Below, in pieces: positions 36,114 through 48,988 of a DNA stretch of 64,000 nt. The stretch covers positions 2,480,001 to 2,544,000 of the forward strand of contig OZ361258.1 of assembly GCA_977018835.1 (NCBI GenBank). Direction: 5' to 3'. The stretch is from Minutocellus sp. GHC0000111. Its lineage: Eukaryota. The notes under the pieces are model-generated. The model worked only from the letters and a program-made list of their open reading frames with translations, was not told where the DNA came from and searched no databases. Both the position numbers and the translations under genes were made by a program. Position 1 is the first letter of the stretch. Each line of letters begins with the position of its first letter.

Positions 36114-39100
36114 CTACCAGCTGTCGAATGGGTTGCCCTCCTTTTTGATCTCGGGAGCCGCCGGTGGAGCAGCGGTGGGAGCAGCAGGAGGTGGCTGAGG
36201 CGGAGGAGCGCCAGGTGGACCGCTTGGGGGCTGCTGTTGCGGCATCATCATCTGGGGATTGGGTTGGGCCATCATACCACCCTGCTGGGCTCCAGCAGGC
36301 TGCTGCTGCATACCCACTCCATTCGGCTGTTGCATCATCATACCACCGCCCCGCTGGTTAGGAGTATGCATTGACATTTGAGGGGTGGGAGCTTGACCTC
36401 CCATCATCTGGTTCTGCTGAACCCCTTGAGGGGCACCCATGCCGGGCTGCTGCTGCGTTTGAGGCATAGGCTGACCGCCCATCATCTGCGGTTGCTGTTG
36501 CTGACCTTGTGGAGCAGCCATCATATTAGTCGGCGACGCCATATGGTCCATGCCAGGCCCCTGCGGGCCGGCGGGGGTTCCACCCATCGGCATCGGCATC
36601 TGACCAGGGCCGGCCATGGACATTTGTTGCTGCGGCTGCATTTGCATTTGAGGCATAGCCTGGCCCCCATAGGAGCTCCACCCATCATCTGTTGACCTCC
36701 TTGGACTTGGACTTGGCCAGCCACGTTCGGTGCCTGACCTTGCCCTCCAATCATCATCATTTGCTGCTGGCCACCTTGGGCTTGGCCCAAATTCATATCT
36801 GCCAACGGCATTTGAGCAGATGCTTGGGCGTTCTGTGGCATCATGCCCATATTTGGCTGTGGTTGCCCACCCATCGCCATTTGCTGCTGATGCTGCTGCT
36901 GCTGCTGCTGCATCATGGCCGCCTGTTGGGCTTGAGCCTGGGCCTGGGCCTGAGCCTGAGCCTGCATTGCTGCTTGTTGCTGTTGTTGAAGCATGGCAGC
37001 TTGCTGCGCCTCTTGCTGCTTCCGCATGGCCTCTTCCTGTTGTCGTCTCATTTCCTCTTGCTGCTGCTTGATGCGGGCCTCCTCTTCCTTCTTCTGTTGC
37101 TCTTCCTCCTTTTTGAGCTGTACGATGAGCTGCTGGACCTTGGTAAGAGAGTCCGTTCCCAGCCCCTCCAACATTTTGATCGTATCCTGAACCTGCTGGG
37201 GCGAGGCCGCCGTCAGCGTCGATGTCATAGGCATCCCCATGGACATCATGGACGGTGCCGCTCCGGCCATACCGATGCCAGCGGCAACTGCCCCCATGGC
37301 GGCAGGTGGGTTGTGCTCGGATGGGAGCTTCAAGTGAGCATCGTCGGTCTGCTTCTCCTTCCCACCGGGGAGAGAAATGGTAAAGAACGGCTCGAGCTCA
37401 TCATCGTAGTGGACCTTCATGATTTTGACCTCAACTGGCGCCTCGCCATTCTTAAAGTAGTATGCAGAATCGCCCTCCTTGTACTTGGAAACAACCGTCG
37501 TAGTACCGCCGGCACCACCAGTGGCAGCGGCTGTGTCAGGCGCCGATACCGAGCCCAGAGCAGGCGATGCTCCGAGTCCACCGCCGACGCCAGTATTCGA
37601 CGGCCCCATACTGAGGCTCGAGAAGGCATCGTCAACCTTGCTCGACTGCTTCGACATGAGAGACTGGGCGTCATCCTCGACCGCTGGGGCGGTGGGAGGT
37701 GCCGCCGGTGGCATTTGCGGCGAGGGGGCAGCCGGAGGCGCCATCGATGGGGCGGGCATGGCCGGTGCCGGAGCACTTGGCAGAGGCGGAGGAGCCGTCA
37801 TCTGAGGCTGCTGCAGCTGCAGCTGCTGCTGATTATCAAAGTTGGCGAACCCATTTTGCTGCTGCTGCTGCTGCTGCTGGGGCATCTGCATCTGAGGAGG
37901 CTGAGCACCGAAATTAGCAAATCCATTCTGCTGCATCGGCTGCATCTGCTGAGGCGGCTGTTGCATCTGCATCTGAGGCTGAGGTTGAGAAGCAGGAGGC
38001 TGCTGCTGCTGCACCGGCATGTTATCAAAGTTGGCCTGGAAACCTTGCTGGGCAGAAGGTTGCGGAGGTTGAGGAGGTTGCTGGGCCGGCATGCCAACGT
38101 TGTCGAAATTGGCATTGAATGCTGCCGGGGACGGCTGGGGCATTGGAGCGGGTGGCTGCTGCGCCGGCATACTGTCAAAGTTGGCTTGGAATGCCGGCTC
38201 TGGGGCCGGCGCAACTGGGGCCGGAGCGGGGGCTACTGCCTGTTGCTGCTGTTGCTGCTGCTGCTGCCCTCCAAAGGCATCGAAGGTCGCACCACCTCCT
38301 CCGTTACCAAAGGCATCCCAAGATCCTGGAGCCGGAGCCGCCGCGACAGGGGCCGGGGCAGGTGGGGCAGCACCAAAATCGAGCAGATCAGACGGTGGTG
38401 CAGCCGCAGGAGCTGGAGTCTTGGCCGGAATCTTGACTCTGGTCGGCTGAGGCTGCTGCTGCTGTTGCTGAGGTTGCTGCCCAGCATTGCCGCAGGCATT
38501 GCCACCAGCAGGAGCCGCGCCAGGATGATACCAGGCCTTGTCGACGTACTTCCGCCGCATCCAAACCCTCAGCAGCTGCTGGTCGCTGTTGTCGACGGGG
38601 GCCTTGAGTCTCTCTCCGCTGGGATTGTACCTTGCCATGTACGAGGCGTTGACGGCGGCATTGCCCGCGTCCGGCTGGGTCATCCGACCGACCTCCTCGG
38701 CCGTGAAGGACGACGCACCGATGCCCTTGACGCGGGCGTTGAACTCGCGGTGGATGCCCGAGCAGGCAAGGCAGACGAAGGTCCCGTGCGTGAAGTTGAC
38801 TTGCGTCGGGAGCTGTTTTGCAGTTTGGTGGAGTGGCGTAAAGGGTGTGTAGGTTTGGTGAGTCGCTTTAATGATGCAAACATGAACGTAACACATTATA
38901 AAAAGCCAATGACCGAAGACCAAAACGCAGACATCGATGTGCAGCTGTGCGCATTGAAACATCACATGCCAGTTCGCAAATAGCAGCAGCGCAGCAACCA
39001 ATATCAAACGATGCAACGGAATGGAAGGGTCCAGGGTATATCTTCCGGTCGGTCCCCGTCCAACCACAATGCAACCAAAGCTCCTCCCCGTCGGTGCGCG

Positions 39101-39303
39101 GTCGGATTCATTCTTCGTCCTTTCCTCCCATGCATTCCCTTACGTACCTTGGTGGTGCAGTCGGCGCATCGCTTGTTGGCGGCCTGCTTGCTCAGCTTGC
39201 GGATGGCATCGTCGGGACTCTCGGCGGTCTTCCGGCGGGTGGACGCCGTCGCGCGGAGGCGACCACCGCTGCTGCCGCCGCCGCTTCCGGGCTTGGCCAA
39301 CAT
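36114..39303 (-). CDS. ArfGAP (AGFG/HRB-like) with Q/P/M-rich tail; exons 39303-39148 and 38812-36114; 1-nt frameshift at ~36665
   Basis: Spliced NKRCADCTTK|LPTQVNFTHGTFVCLACSGIHREF zinc finger; DLLDF, repeated FxANFD motifs, terminal NPF. Confidence 0.9.
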
Positions 39304-39941
39304 CTTCGTCGGTCGTTTTATGCCTTTCCCTCTTTTCGTCATTTGTTTTTCTTTCTTATTTTCCTCTTTTATAATCAAAAATGGAAGAGGGGGGCCGAGC
39401 GAGAGGGAGGATCGGCAAGAAGATCATCATCAGGCAGGAGAAGAATGTTGATGGATACTGTGAATGAACAGTACCGGTACGGTAAGGAAGAAGATATTGT
39501 AGATTCATTCAGATGAATCTATGCATGCCAGCACTATGTTCTAATGTGATAGACAATTCCCGGTACCGGTACCATGTGTGCAGGAATGGCAGTGCTTTGG
39601 GGTAACTTTTTTTAGCTTTTGAAGTGTGATTTTTATGTGCATGAGAAGAGCAATCGCAATGACACATGGAAAAGTGGTAATCCTCGATTTCACTCCTCGT
39701 TTCAGATGATCTCCTCTCGTTCTTCTTGTTCGCTTATGCGATTGGTTACCCTTTTTCTTCTCCTACTAAGATGTATCCAAATATTATGAATGAAACAAAG
39801 CCTCAGGCAAATAGCAAAGATTACAACAGACATGTATCCCCTCATTCATCTGGATCTACCATGGTGCCGGATCTACCGGTAGTTTTACCGGCAGCAGATC
39901 CACCGACGAAAAGAAAAATACTGGAAGCTAAGCTGTAACAT

Positions 39942-41553
39942 TTATTCCGTCTTGGCACCGGCCTTGGTCTCCATGGGGCGAGCGGCACCATCCTCGTGCA
40001 ACTGAAGGATCCTCCTTTCCTCGACGAGCTCGTCGTGGGCGATGTCCTTGGCCTTACCAGCCGAGCACAGGACGTAGTCAATGCCATGCGTCGTGAGAAA
40101 GTCCAAGTCAATCTTCTCTGGGGCCTCGGCAATGACTTCATCAACAGCGGAGCATGCACAGGCATTCAGAACCATGTCGGTCGTCTTCTCCTTGCCGACG
40201 ACGCCCACAATAAGCTTACTTCCCATGCCGCGGGCCTGCATCCAAAACCGAAGAGTTTTATGGCAAGCGACGTTGCCACCTTGGTCGGCACCATCGACGT
40301 AGATGACACGCTTCTTGATCTTTCGCCGAACGGATTCGTATGCAAGTGGCACCGCAAGGGACAGGAGTAAAAGACCGGGATAACGAAGCCAGGGGAGTAC
40401 GAAAAGAGCCGATCCGACCATTTCCAGGGTCTGCTTCGCCTTGCCGATTCCGTCGGCCTTCACGGCACTGGTTGAGAAGTCCGATCCAACAACACGGGGA
40501 GCTTGCACGCCTTGAGCAGTGAAATAGGCACGGAACCGAACGGTGCCCGAGGCGGCCTCGGCCAAGATGAGGCACCAAAGAGTCACATACTGAATCATCC
40601 TCAGCCTCGTTCCGGGAATGGTACTGAGGAGGAATATCCAACACGGTACAACGTAGACCTTGTCACAAACCGCATCGACAAAGCCACCATACGATTTGGC
40701 ACGGCAATTGGACGACCATGAGGCAATCTTTTGAGGTCGACCGATGGATACGACCTCTGCAATGGATGATGCAATTCGTGAAACATGCATATGTCATGCC
40801 ATGTGTAAAGAAAGATGGTGAGATGTGTTTCCTATCAAGCAAACCAAAACGCAACAGTTTTTGGCCAAGTAATCAAGATAATCCTGCACTTACCGAAGCT
40901 ATCATCGTCACTATCGAGTTTGTCCTTGGCGGCATCCTTCTTTGCCTTCTCTTCCTTCTTCTTGTCGACCCAGAATCGGGCGACAACGCCATCGAGGAAG
41001 TCGCCGAAATCGACCAGAATGATCGTCAGGGAAACGGGCACCCACCATCGCCAACTGAGCATGCAAAGAGTTGGAATGATGAGAGCCGTGCGGAGGTAGG
41101 TAATAAAATTGGCTGTGACATTGCGTGGAGCAGAGAGGGGGGAAGAGCGGAAGTATGAGTGAAATGCGACGGCGCCAAGTCACTGGGACAGTTCAATTCG
41201 TATGCATTTTTGTCGTCATCACAACAATATCGGCACTTACCAGTAAACCAAACAGGAACCTTCTTGGCATTATCGAGCTGGGCGCGGAAGAATTTGTTAA
41301 GCGATGCGTAAAAGACATCGTGGAACTCGAGGAAGGGTTTGATGACGAACTGCAGGTAGAGCTCGACAATGGCACTGTTTGTTTTGTGGATTTGATTGGA
41401 AACGATGGAATTCGATGGAGAAACGATAGAGATGTGGGAACAACAAGTCCATTGGAATGCATTGCAATAACATGCACTGCCATTTTGAACTCAAGATTCA
41501 ATTGACACTCACTCGATGATATCGAAGAGGGGTTGGAAAGCTGAAATGGTCAT
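39942..41553 (-). CDS. CDP-alcohol phosphatidyltransferase fused to a degenerate cytidylyltransferase-like domain; exons 41553-41513, 41374-41241, 41112-40894, 40756-39942
   Basis: T|ANFITYLR, DFLDGVVAR..YGGFVDAVCDK signature, GKAKQTLE; C-terminal VIYVDG..QARGMGSKLIVGV..VDEVIAEAP..IDYV. Confidence 0.85.
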
Positions 41554-42059
41554 GGCGACTTGATGGGTACCGGAAAAATGATGGGTGCGTGAGTCAGTAT
41601 GGCGTGCGGGCAAATAAATGACTGCTGGGAGAATGAGACGGCAGTTCGAGCCAAAGTGAAGACGTTGTTGGGTGTGTAATTGAAATTATATGTTGGAGTG
41701 ACAATGAACCTTGGTGCAGCCAAAGGATAGTATGCTTTTGCCAAGCGTTCAACAAAGCAAATGCAGTAAGAAGTTGAGGTGAGTAACTCCCTGCTCAGGT
41801 GAGAATATGGCGTGCTGCTGCTGCGGCTGCGTGAGCAAGCACGCAAAATTCGGAGCAAGAAGGTGCACGTCGAGACGTGTTCATTTCCATCTGACGAAAA
41901 TGGACCGGATGAAATGACGGTAAAGAGAAACGAATGGCAACAGGGCCAAGCGTAAGCGGGCGATCGCGAAGACATCGCATCGGTCGGTCGGTCGGGGGAG
42001 AGAGCAGAGAGCAGCCACACGCCATACAACGGAATGGTCAGCAACATACCATTCGAACA

Positions 42060-42629
42060 ATGTCCTCGCGAAGACGAAAAGCACACCAGAACAGCGATGC
42101 CGAGATCCGCACAATACTGCGGACGACGAAAACCATTGGCCTTGTAGGCGCATCGTCCAATCCAGAAAGGCCATCGAATGAAGTGATGCAAGCCATGCAG
42201 AGGTATGGGTATCGCGTCATACCGATCAACCCCGTACTTTGTCAGGACAACGGCCAAGGTCAAGATATGTCACTCCTGGGGGAGAAGGTTTATGCTTCCT
42301 TGTCAGACTACGCCGCTGCTACGAAGCGAGATGGCAGCTTACCAAAAATTGACATGGTGGATATTTTTCGAAGAAGAGAATTTTCCGGCCAAATAGTCGA
42401 CGAGGCTATTACCGTAGGTGTCAAGTTCGTGTGGATGCAAATTGGTGTTATTGATGAAGATGCTGCACAAAGGGCTAAGGATGCGGGGCTCCTCGTGGCA
42501 ATGGACTGCTGTCCGTACGACTTGCTGCTTCAGGGTATATTGGACGGTGATGAGAAAGCTGCTTCTACGGATCATGCTGCCGCTCAAGATGGCATGCCAG
42601 GTTGCATGACAAGTGGCGGCATGTTTTAG
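42060..42629 (+). CDS. CoA-binding protein (YccU-like)
   Basis: KTIGLVGASSNPERPSNEV, GYRVIPINP, GEKVYASL, IDMVDIFR, VWMQIGV, AGLLVAMDCC. Confidence 0.9.
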   Translation: MSSRRRKAHQNSDAEIRTILRTTKTIGLVGASSNPERPSNEVMQAMQRYGYRVIPINPVLCQDNGQGQDMSLLGEKVYASLSDYAAATKRDGSLPKIDMVDIFRRREFSGQIVDEAITVGVKFVWMQIGVIDEDAAQRAKDAGLLVAMDCCPYDLLLQGILDGDEKAASTDHAAAQDGMPGCMTSGGMF

Positions 42630-42979
42630 TACCGATATGCGATAGTACTTCTTGTATAATTTCTTTTCTAAATTAAATTATGAATCACAGCAACAAAACG
42701 CTTCGTCTTGTTGAACACACATATATTTTTGAATCGAATCCATCTTTCTACTTTGAACAAGATGTGCACGTTGCATATCTTCATCATTCCAAGCAGAACA
42801 TGGCAACCTTTTCACTTTTCATCTTCGAGGAGCAACAAGATCGGACTTTCAGTTTCATCGTCTTGAAAATACCAATCTGTGCATCAACTCATAATATATT
42901 TATTTTGCTTCCAAAATTTTGCATCCATGCCATTAGATTGCTGGATTGCTGGCCGCAAATACAATGTCAGAAGAATCTT

Positions 42980-43614
42980 TTAGGCACGCTTCTTCTTCTT
43001 GTACGATCCCTTAGAGCTCTTGCCCCACAGCTTACGGCATGTGTTGGTTGCGTAGTGGCGGCACCTGCGCGTGCCATTGCCGAGATCATGGCAACAAGCG
43101 CCCAAGCATCGCTTGCATTTGGAGACGGACGAGGCATTGCATCGGCACTTCTTGCTCTTGCCCTTCCTCGTTACCTGGAAAAGTGCAAGTTGGAAAAAGA
43201 TGATGGTGGTATTTGTGTGATGAAGGGATGTGGATGAAGATTTAAAAACGAAAACATGCGTTACATAATGATGAAGCAAATGGCTGCTGCTACAATTCCG
43301 TCGCAGCTACGTAGCACTTTCTTTACCTTGGCGGTGAACTTCTTGAGCATGCGTTCGCGACGGTAGGCCATCTCGTTGAGGATGTCGGCATCTTTCTCCT
43401 CTTTGCCCATGTTCTCGACGCCTCGGAGCGCACGGGCGTCATCTGCGTCGGTGGGGCTGATTTCCAGCATGACATCAGAGAAGGGATTCTCGGCATCAAA
43501 CTTTCCGAGATCGATCTTCTTCATGAAGGGAGTGGCTGAGTTTCCTGCCGATGCGGTGCCGAGGCAGGCAACGAAGAGAAGGAGGGCAATCGAGAGGATG
43601 GTGGAACGGATCAT
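42980..43614 (-). CDS. Secreted prepro-peptide with cationic 8-Cys mature domain; exons 43614-43327 and 43174-42980
   Basis: Signal peptide, acidic pro-region, RRERML, then KKFTAK|VTRKGKSKKCRCNASSVSKCKRCLGACCHDLGNGTRRCRHYATNTCRK; phase-0 GTAAAG..CAG intron; homologous to the neighbouring gene. Confidence 0.8.
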
Positions 43615-43976
43615 CTTTGCAGGTAGATCGATGAAGAATTGAGGCGTCTTGGATCAATGAAGAAGTCAAGCGGCGCCGAGAGGCGAGGGGCAGACGTAAA
43701 AGCGCTTCGTTCGCGGTTCAAATTGAAATATTGGTGCTGGCTTTTCGGATTGTAAAAAATAACATAATTTTTACTTCTTTATTGCTTTTCGTAAAAGTAT
43801 AAATAATTTAATTGTTATTTTTTAGCATTGTATTTTTATTGTCTTTGAGATCCTCTTTTTATTTTCCGTTGAACTGAGCCCGCCCAAAATTCATCATCTG
43901 CCGCCAATCCAAGATGTCATGTCCTTTTCATTCGCAGCGAGCTCCACAATTGTCAATACTAGCTAGTACCGGTACC

Positions 43977-44336
43977 ATGCTGCGCTCTGCGATTGCGTGC
44001 CTCGTCCTCCTCTTCTTGGCTGGCATGGCCTCTGCCACCACCGAGAGTATATCTCTTGGTCATCGCACCTTTCTGGAAATAGATCGGGACGTCTTGTCGC
44101 CCGACGCCGAAGGGTCGGAAGCGAAAGGAGTCCGCCGTGGGCGCAACAATCGTCAGCGCGAACTTAGGTAGCTTTCGTTCAGGGTGACGAGGAAGGGCGA
44201 ATCGTCAACGTGCCGATGCAATGTTTCCTCCAAGGAGAAATGTAAAAGATGCGGAGGCAAGTGCTGCCACAAGCTTGGTAATGGAACTCGCAGCTGCCGT
44301 AAGGGAGTTCGAAAGGTATGCAAGAGGTACTTCTAG
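43977..44336 (+). CDS. Paralogous secreted cationic 8-Cys prepro-peptide, interrupted by TAG at 44169-44171
   Basis: MLRSAIACLVLLFLAGMASA..RQRELR*LSFRVTRKGESSTCRCNVSSKEKCKRCGGKCCHKLGNGTRSCRKGVRKVCKRYF in a single frame. Confidence 0.75.
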
Positions 44337-44761
44337 CGACGACGTAGTAAGAAGTAGCTATTCATAGGCACATAGCTAGCTAGTTCAAAGCTTTGTTACA
44401 ATGAAGGCATTTTTGGTTTTGCAGGTGCACTCAGAGAGTCGACGCAGAGAGACCCGACAATCATTTTTCCCCCATAGTCTCGTCATTTTTGTTGCTCCTC
44501 TCGGACTGCAGAAAGGATTTCGTTGCATTGGATTATTAGATTGGATTGATTGCTGGACATGCAAAGATTTCGATACATGCCGCCCAAGTACGCTGCGAAA
44601 TTCTTTCTCTTTCTTATATATGTTATTTAGAATGTGAGGTGAACGAACCGACTACTCTAAACTCTAAAACATGATCGTTTTTTAACTATGCAAATGTAAA
44701 TGTACTTGGATACATGTCGTAATTGATGGCCCACCACATGCGCTGGTATTTCCCGTGCTTC

Positions 44762-46402
44762 CTATGTCGACCTCAATGGGTTCTGCGACATCCACTTTGG
44801 CAAAAATTCGAAAGGATCGCCTTCGTAGCCACCAAAGTCATCAACTTTCGCTCCTGCTTCCTCCAAGATGGGCTGCAATTCTCCCTTTTTCCACATAATG
44901 CACGCGTCGGCGGCACCGCCGATGAATTTTCCTTCGACAAAAAATTGAGGGAACGTAGCGCAATCGGTTTTGGCAACAGAGTGCTGCGCGATATTTATTT
45001 CCCATCTGATCCTTTGCAAATTCAAACGCATCGATCGGAACCAGCTTGTATTCCACCTTGATTCTATCCAAGAGCTTACACAGTGTCCAGCAAAATTCAC
45101 AGTACTCGAGAGACCAAACCCCCACCTTATTCTCGGCAATGGTTTTGTCAACGAATTCTACCGCTTCGGGCAATACGCCGGGTAGTCCAGGTGGAGGAGG
45201 TGGCGTCGAAGGCGTTGATTCGGCGATCTTTTTCTCCTCGTCGGTCATATCAGCTGGAATGCCGTCAAAGAGGGGGGTAGAGAGATATCTTTCACCCGTA
45301 TCAGGCAGTAGCGCGAGGATAGATGAGCCCTCTGGCACTTTTTTGGCTAGATCGAGTGCGCATGATAGAATCCCCCCGCCGCTGGTGCCGGTAAATATTC
45401 CCTCCTTCGTTGCTAGATCTTTGCTGGTCTGCATGGCCTTGTTGCCATCCGCATGCAGCAGACTATCCACATAGTTGGAATCCACGGCCTTGCTGACAAG
45501 CTGAGGTATGAAATCGCCGCACAACCCTGAAGCAAATGGGGCCTCCATACGGGGTGTGCAACATCAAAGGAAGTCGAGGGGATGCCATCGTCCGGGTACT
45601 TTGTTTTGATCTCACTGTAAAGCATAGGTGCATTGTTGGGCTCGCACACATGGACCTTCGTATCAGGGCTGCGCTCGCGCAAACATTTGGCTACACCCTT
45701 TAGCGTCCCGCCAGTTCCGTAAGCGCAGACAAAATGGTCGAGCTTGACATTTTCACTATCGAAAGCCTCCACAATTTCAGGTCCGGTGGTGACGGAGTGT
45801 ATCCAGGCATTGGCTTCGTTTTCGAATTGATTTGGCCAGTACCATCCATGCCTATCAGCGAGCTCCTTTGCCTTGATGACCATGCCGGTGCCCATGTGGG
45901 CTGTTTGTGGTTGGTGGTGAAAGTCGGAAATTGTGGAGAGTGATGAGAATAAGGTTGCATTTCAATATTCACGTATGTGGTTGATCGGCTTGAGCTTACC
46001 TGGATTTGTCAGGACGACCTTTGCTCCAAGAAATCTCATCAGTTTGCGCCTTTCGATGCTGAAGGATTCTGACATGACCACGACGAGAGGGTAGCCCCGA
46101 GCAGCGCACACCATCGCAAGGCCGATGCCCGTATTTCCGGAGCTTGCCTCTACGATTGTTTGCCCAGGTTTGAGGTGGCCTTCCTTCTCGGCCCATTCTA
46201 TCGTTCCAAGGGCGAGGCGATCCTTGACGGATCCACCTGGGTTCGCAGCCTCGCACTTGACATAAACATCGATGCCGGCCGGTGCCATTCGCTGAAGCTA
46301 TATGATGGGAGTCTCTCCGACGGTTTGGGTGATGGAGGAGTGGATCGATGATGCCCGACGGGCCGAGTTGGCGCAGAAGGAGAGCATGTTCGAGGACGAC
46401 AT
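44762..46402 (-). CDS. cysK: Cysteine synthase (OAS-TL) fused to C-terminal glutaredoxin; intron 45999-45901; TAG at 46300-46298 and frameshifts at ~45517 and ~44975
   Basis: [22 protein letters not shown] (PLP Lys), [28 protein letters not shown]; Grx YCEFC, TFPQFF..FIGGAAD. Confidence 0.9.
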
Positions 46403-46760
46403 GGTGGAACTCGCAAACAGTGGCTGTTACTGCAGTAGGAATTCCTACCATTGGTACGAGAGCCTCGTACATCTTGCAATCTTCGAATCTTCCTCGAATT
46501 GGCGCGCTTTTTGCTCCTCGCTCCTGCTCTCTCGCCTCTCGCGCGGGCGGCCTTCGTCTCTCGCAATTCCCCCACAGGGCACCCGGAAAGCAATCTGTTT
46601 TTGGTGTCAGCTGGAACTCGGACATGCTCTGACCGTCGACCGTCGCAAACGTATCTTTGTTGGTGCTTTTTCGATCGGCATCGACCATAAACCGCATTTA
46701 TTCCGATCAGCGTTCCTCCCGAACTCGATACATTTGCAAAAGTAAATCTATTTATCAATT

Positions 46761-47785
46761 ATGAAGATCTCTGCTCTTATTCTTCTCGCCGGCGCCTCCG
46801 CTGCTTCGGCTTTCGTCCCCTCTGCCTCGTCCAGTCGTGCGACGACCCTCCTCGCCGCTCGCCCTGACGCCTCCGCCGCCATTCAAGAAGCTCTCGAGGC
46901 CAGCAAGAATTTCGGAGCCACCTCTCCCGAGGCCCGTGTTGCCTGGGATATTGTCGAGGAGCTGGATGCCAGTGACAATAGGTGAGGTATAGTGTTGGTG
47001 GTGTAATATATTGTGAGGTGGACTCACATCATTTGGGTGGGCTAGATCGCATATCTTGGAAGAAAGATCATGAAATCAGAATCGGATGGTCACTGGGAAA
47101 AAAGAGAATCATCAGTTGGCGACGGCTTTGATTTCCATCGATTTCTTTTCAGATTAGATCGTGGCAACCCATTGCGCGCAGTCCTACTGACTCTTTGACT
47201 TACATTGCAAGGAGGCCTTTGGTGTCCTCTCTATCAGATGCTGGGTGCTTGGGTGTAAAACGATACATATGCCCAAAGTTTCCTGTCATGCGTCAATTGA
47301 TCATTTATGCCGCCGTCATTTATTTCTTCTCATTGTTTGTCTTTTTGTCTACACTCCATTCCATGTTTCTCAGCGCTGCATCGGCTGGCGTTGCCGTCGT
47401 CGAAACTCCTGCTGACTACGACGAGAAGGTCAAGGCCCTCTCTACCCTTCTCAAGGAGCAGCAAGACAAGATCAGCAGCATCAAATCCCTGGCCGAGGAG
47501 CTTCGTGGCATCAAGCTATCCAAGCCCTCCTCCGGTGCCTCCTCGGTTGACAATCCTCAGATGAGAGATGCCCTCAAGGAGGCCAAGGAGGCGACCGAAA
47601 AGTTCGGAATGGACTCCAGTGAAGCCAAGCTCGCTTGGGAAACCGTTGAAGAGATCGCTAGCAGTGACGTGAGTGAGGCCATCAAGGGCAGCCTGGAGGA
47701 TGAGTGCCTCCTGGACACCATTGATGCTTGCGAAGCCATCGAAGCTATGCAGGCTGTCCTGTCCAAGAGCAAGGCACAGCCCTAA
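46761..47785 (+). CDS. CP12: Plastid CP12-domain protein with two CP12 core repeats; intron 46982-47373
   Basis: ASA-FVP presequence; ARVAWDIVEEL and AKLAWETVEEI; C-terminal Cys pair. Confidence 0.8.
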
Positions 47786-48988
47786 AATTGGTGCGCTTTA
47801 GATAGATTTACCGGTACCTCAGGGTAGAAGTGATGGAACAGTGGGCGCAATTCAGAAAATGGTGGTTGCTAACGACTATTGGGTGATCTGGTTCGGCATT
47901 TCGTTCGGCTAAAATCAAAATCACGTCGGACATCTATTAATACGTGGCAGCTAATAGCTCAATTAAACATTCAGCTAGACGCTACTACTAGCTACGTACC
48001 ATCGTAGCTCGTTGACTTTGTATTATTTTCGATTTCATTTGCGGTTTCCCCTTTTGCTTTAGGTTGCATTTGAAGCCATCTGCCTAGTTTTGAGTGGTAG
48101 CCTACAAGTAATGTAGAACATAGATCATCAATGGCTTGATTCGGTGGCCATGCTGAACCTCGAAAGCCTTCGGGTTTGCGCTACTACGTAGATCTACTTG
48201 CCTTGCCGATTTTCGGCATCGCAAAGATCGTCTAACTTTAAACACTCTTCTGCAACACCCTTCTATTTTCTTTGGTGATTGCATTATACTGGTAGCGTAG
48301 CTTGATGTGCGTCCCTGATTTTCGGGTTTTTTGTAGACTAAAGATAAAGAGGGCGCGAAGGGCGGGCGATTCAAATCTAGAATTTTTAGAGAATTTTTAT
48401 CGGTCTTGATACAGCCCAATCATCCTTTGCAGCTCTATAAGATCTACTCTAGATCTAGCTAGAGGCACGAGAATAACCCACGAAGAAGTGCCGATGTCTT
48501 CTCTTGGCCAGAGAAGTCTGCATAGACTACACTTACTTGACTTCTTTGCAGAGGTCGCAAGTCGAGCGAGGTGGCTCGCATGATGAGTCAGTCTCCCATG
48601 AAGTAATCACCATCGCTGTCGTATGATGCACTGATGGATGGCAGAATCGTGCCATTTCGGACGAGGAAATGCTAATGGTGAAGCTCACTCCACCAGTACT
48701 ACGTGTGCCTCTAGCTAGCTAGGTGCGCAGTACAAGTTGGGCCAATGTACAAGATGTTGTCAGAAATCTGTTTGCTAATGATACATTTATCGTGATCTAT
48801 TAATTTTGATGAAAATACCATGCATATAAAAATACAAAAATGGCCTCAATGTGCCCTTCCCGCTTAGGCGGATGATGAAATTGTCGCGTTGGCTTCGTCA
48901 GTCGGCCCTTTGAGTGAATGAAACGTGTACCAAAGGGAGTTCTACTACGTAGTACATGTATTTGGCTCCTGTTCCACGTAGAATTATG

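Noticed and set aside
36692..38983. 763-aa plus-strand ORF
   Set aside because: Antisense shadow of the CAG-rich ArfGAP; poly-Leu/His composition with no independent motifs.
44168..44182. 15-nt GT..AG segment whose removal would delete the TAG in frame (likewise a 19-nt GT..AG at 4679-4697)
   Set aside because: Far below the ~100-480 nt intron sizes seen here, and the paralog alignment (KKFTAK vs R*LSFR) favours a point change; only RNA-seq could revive it.
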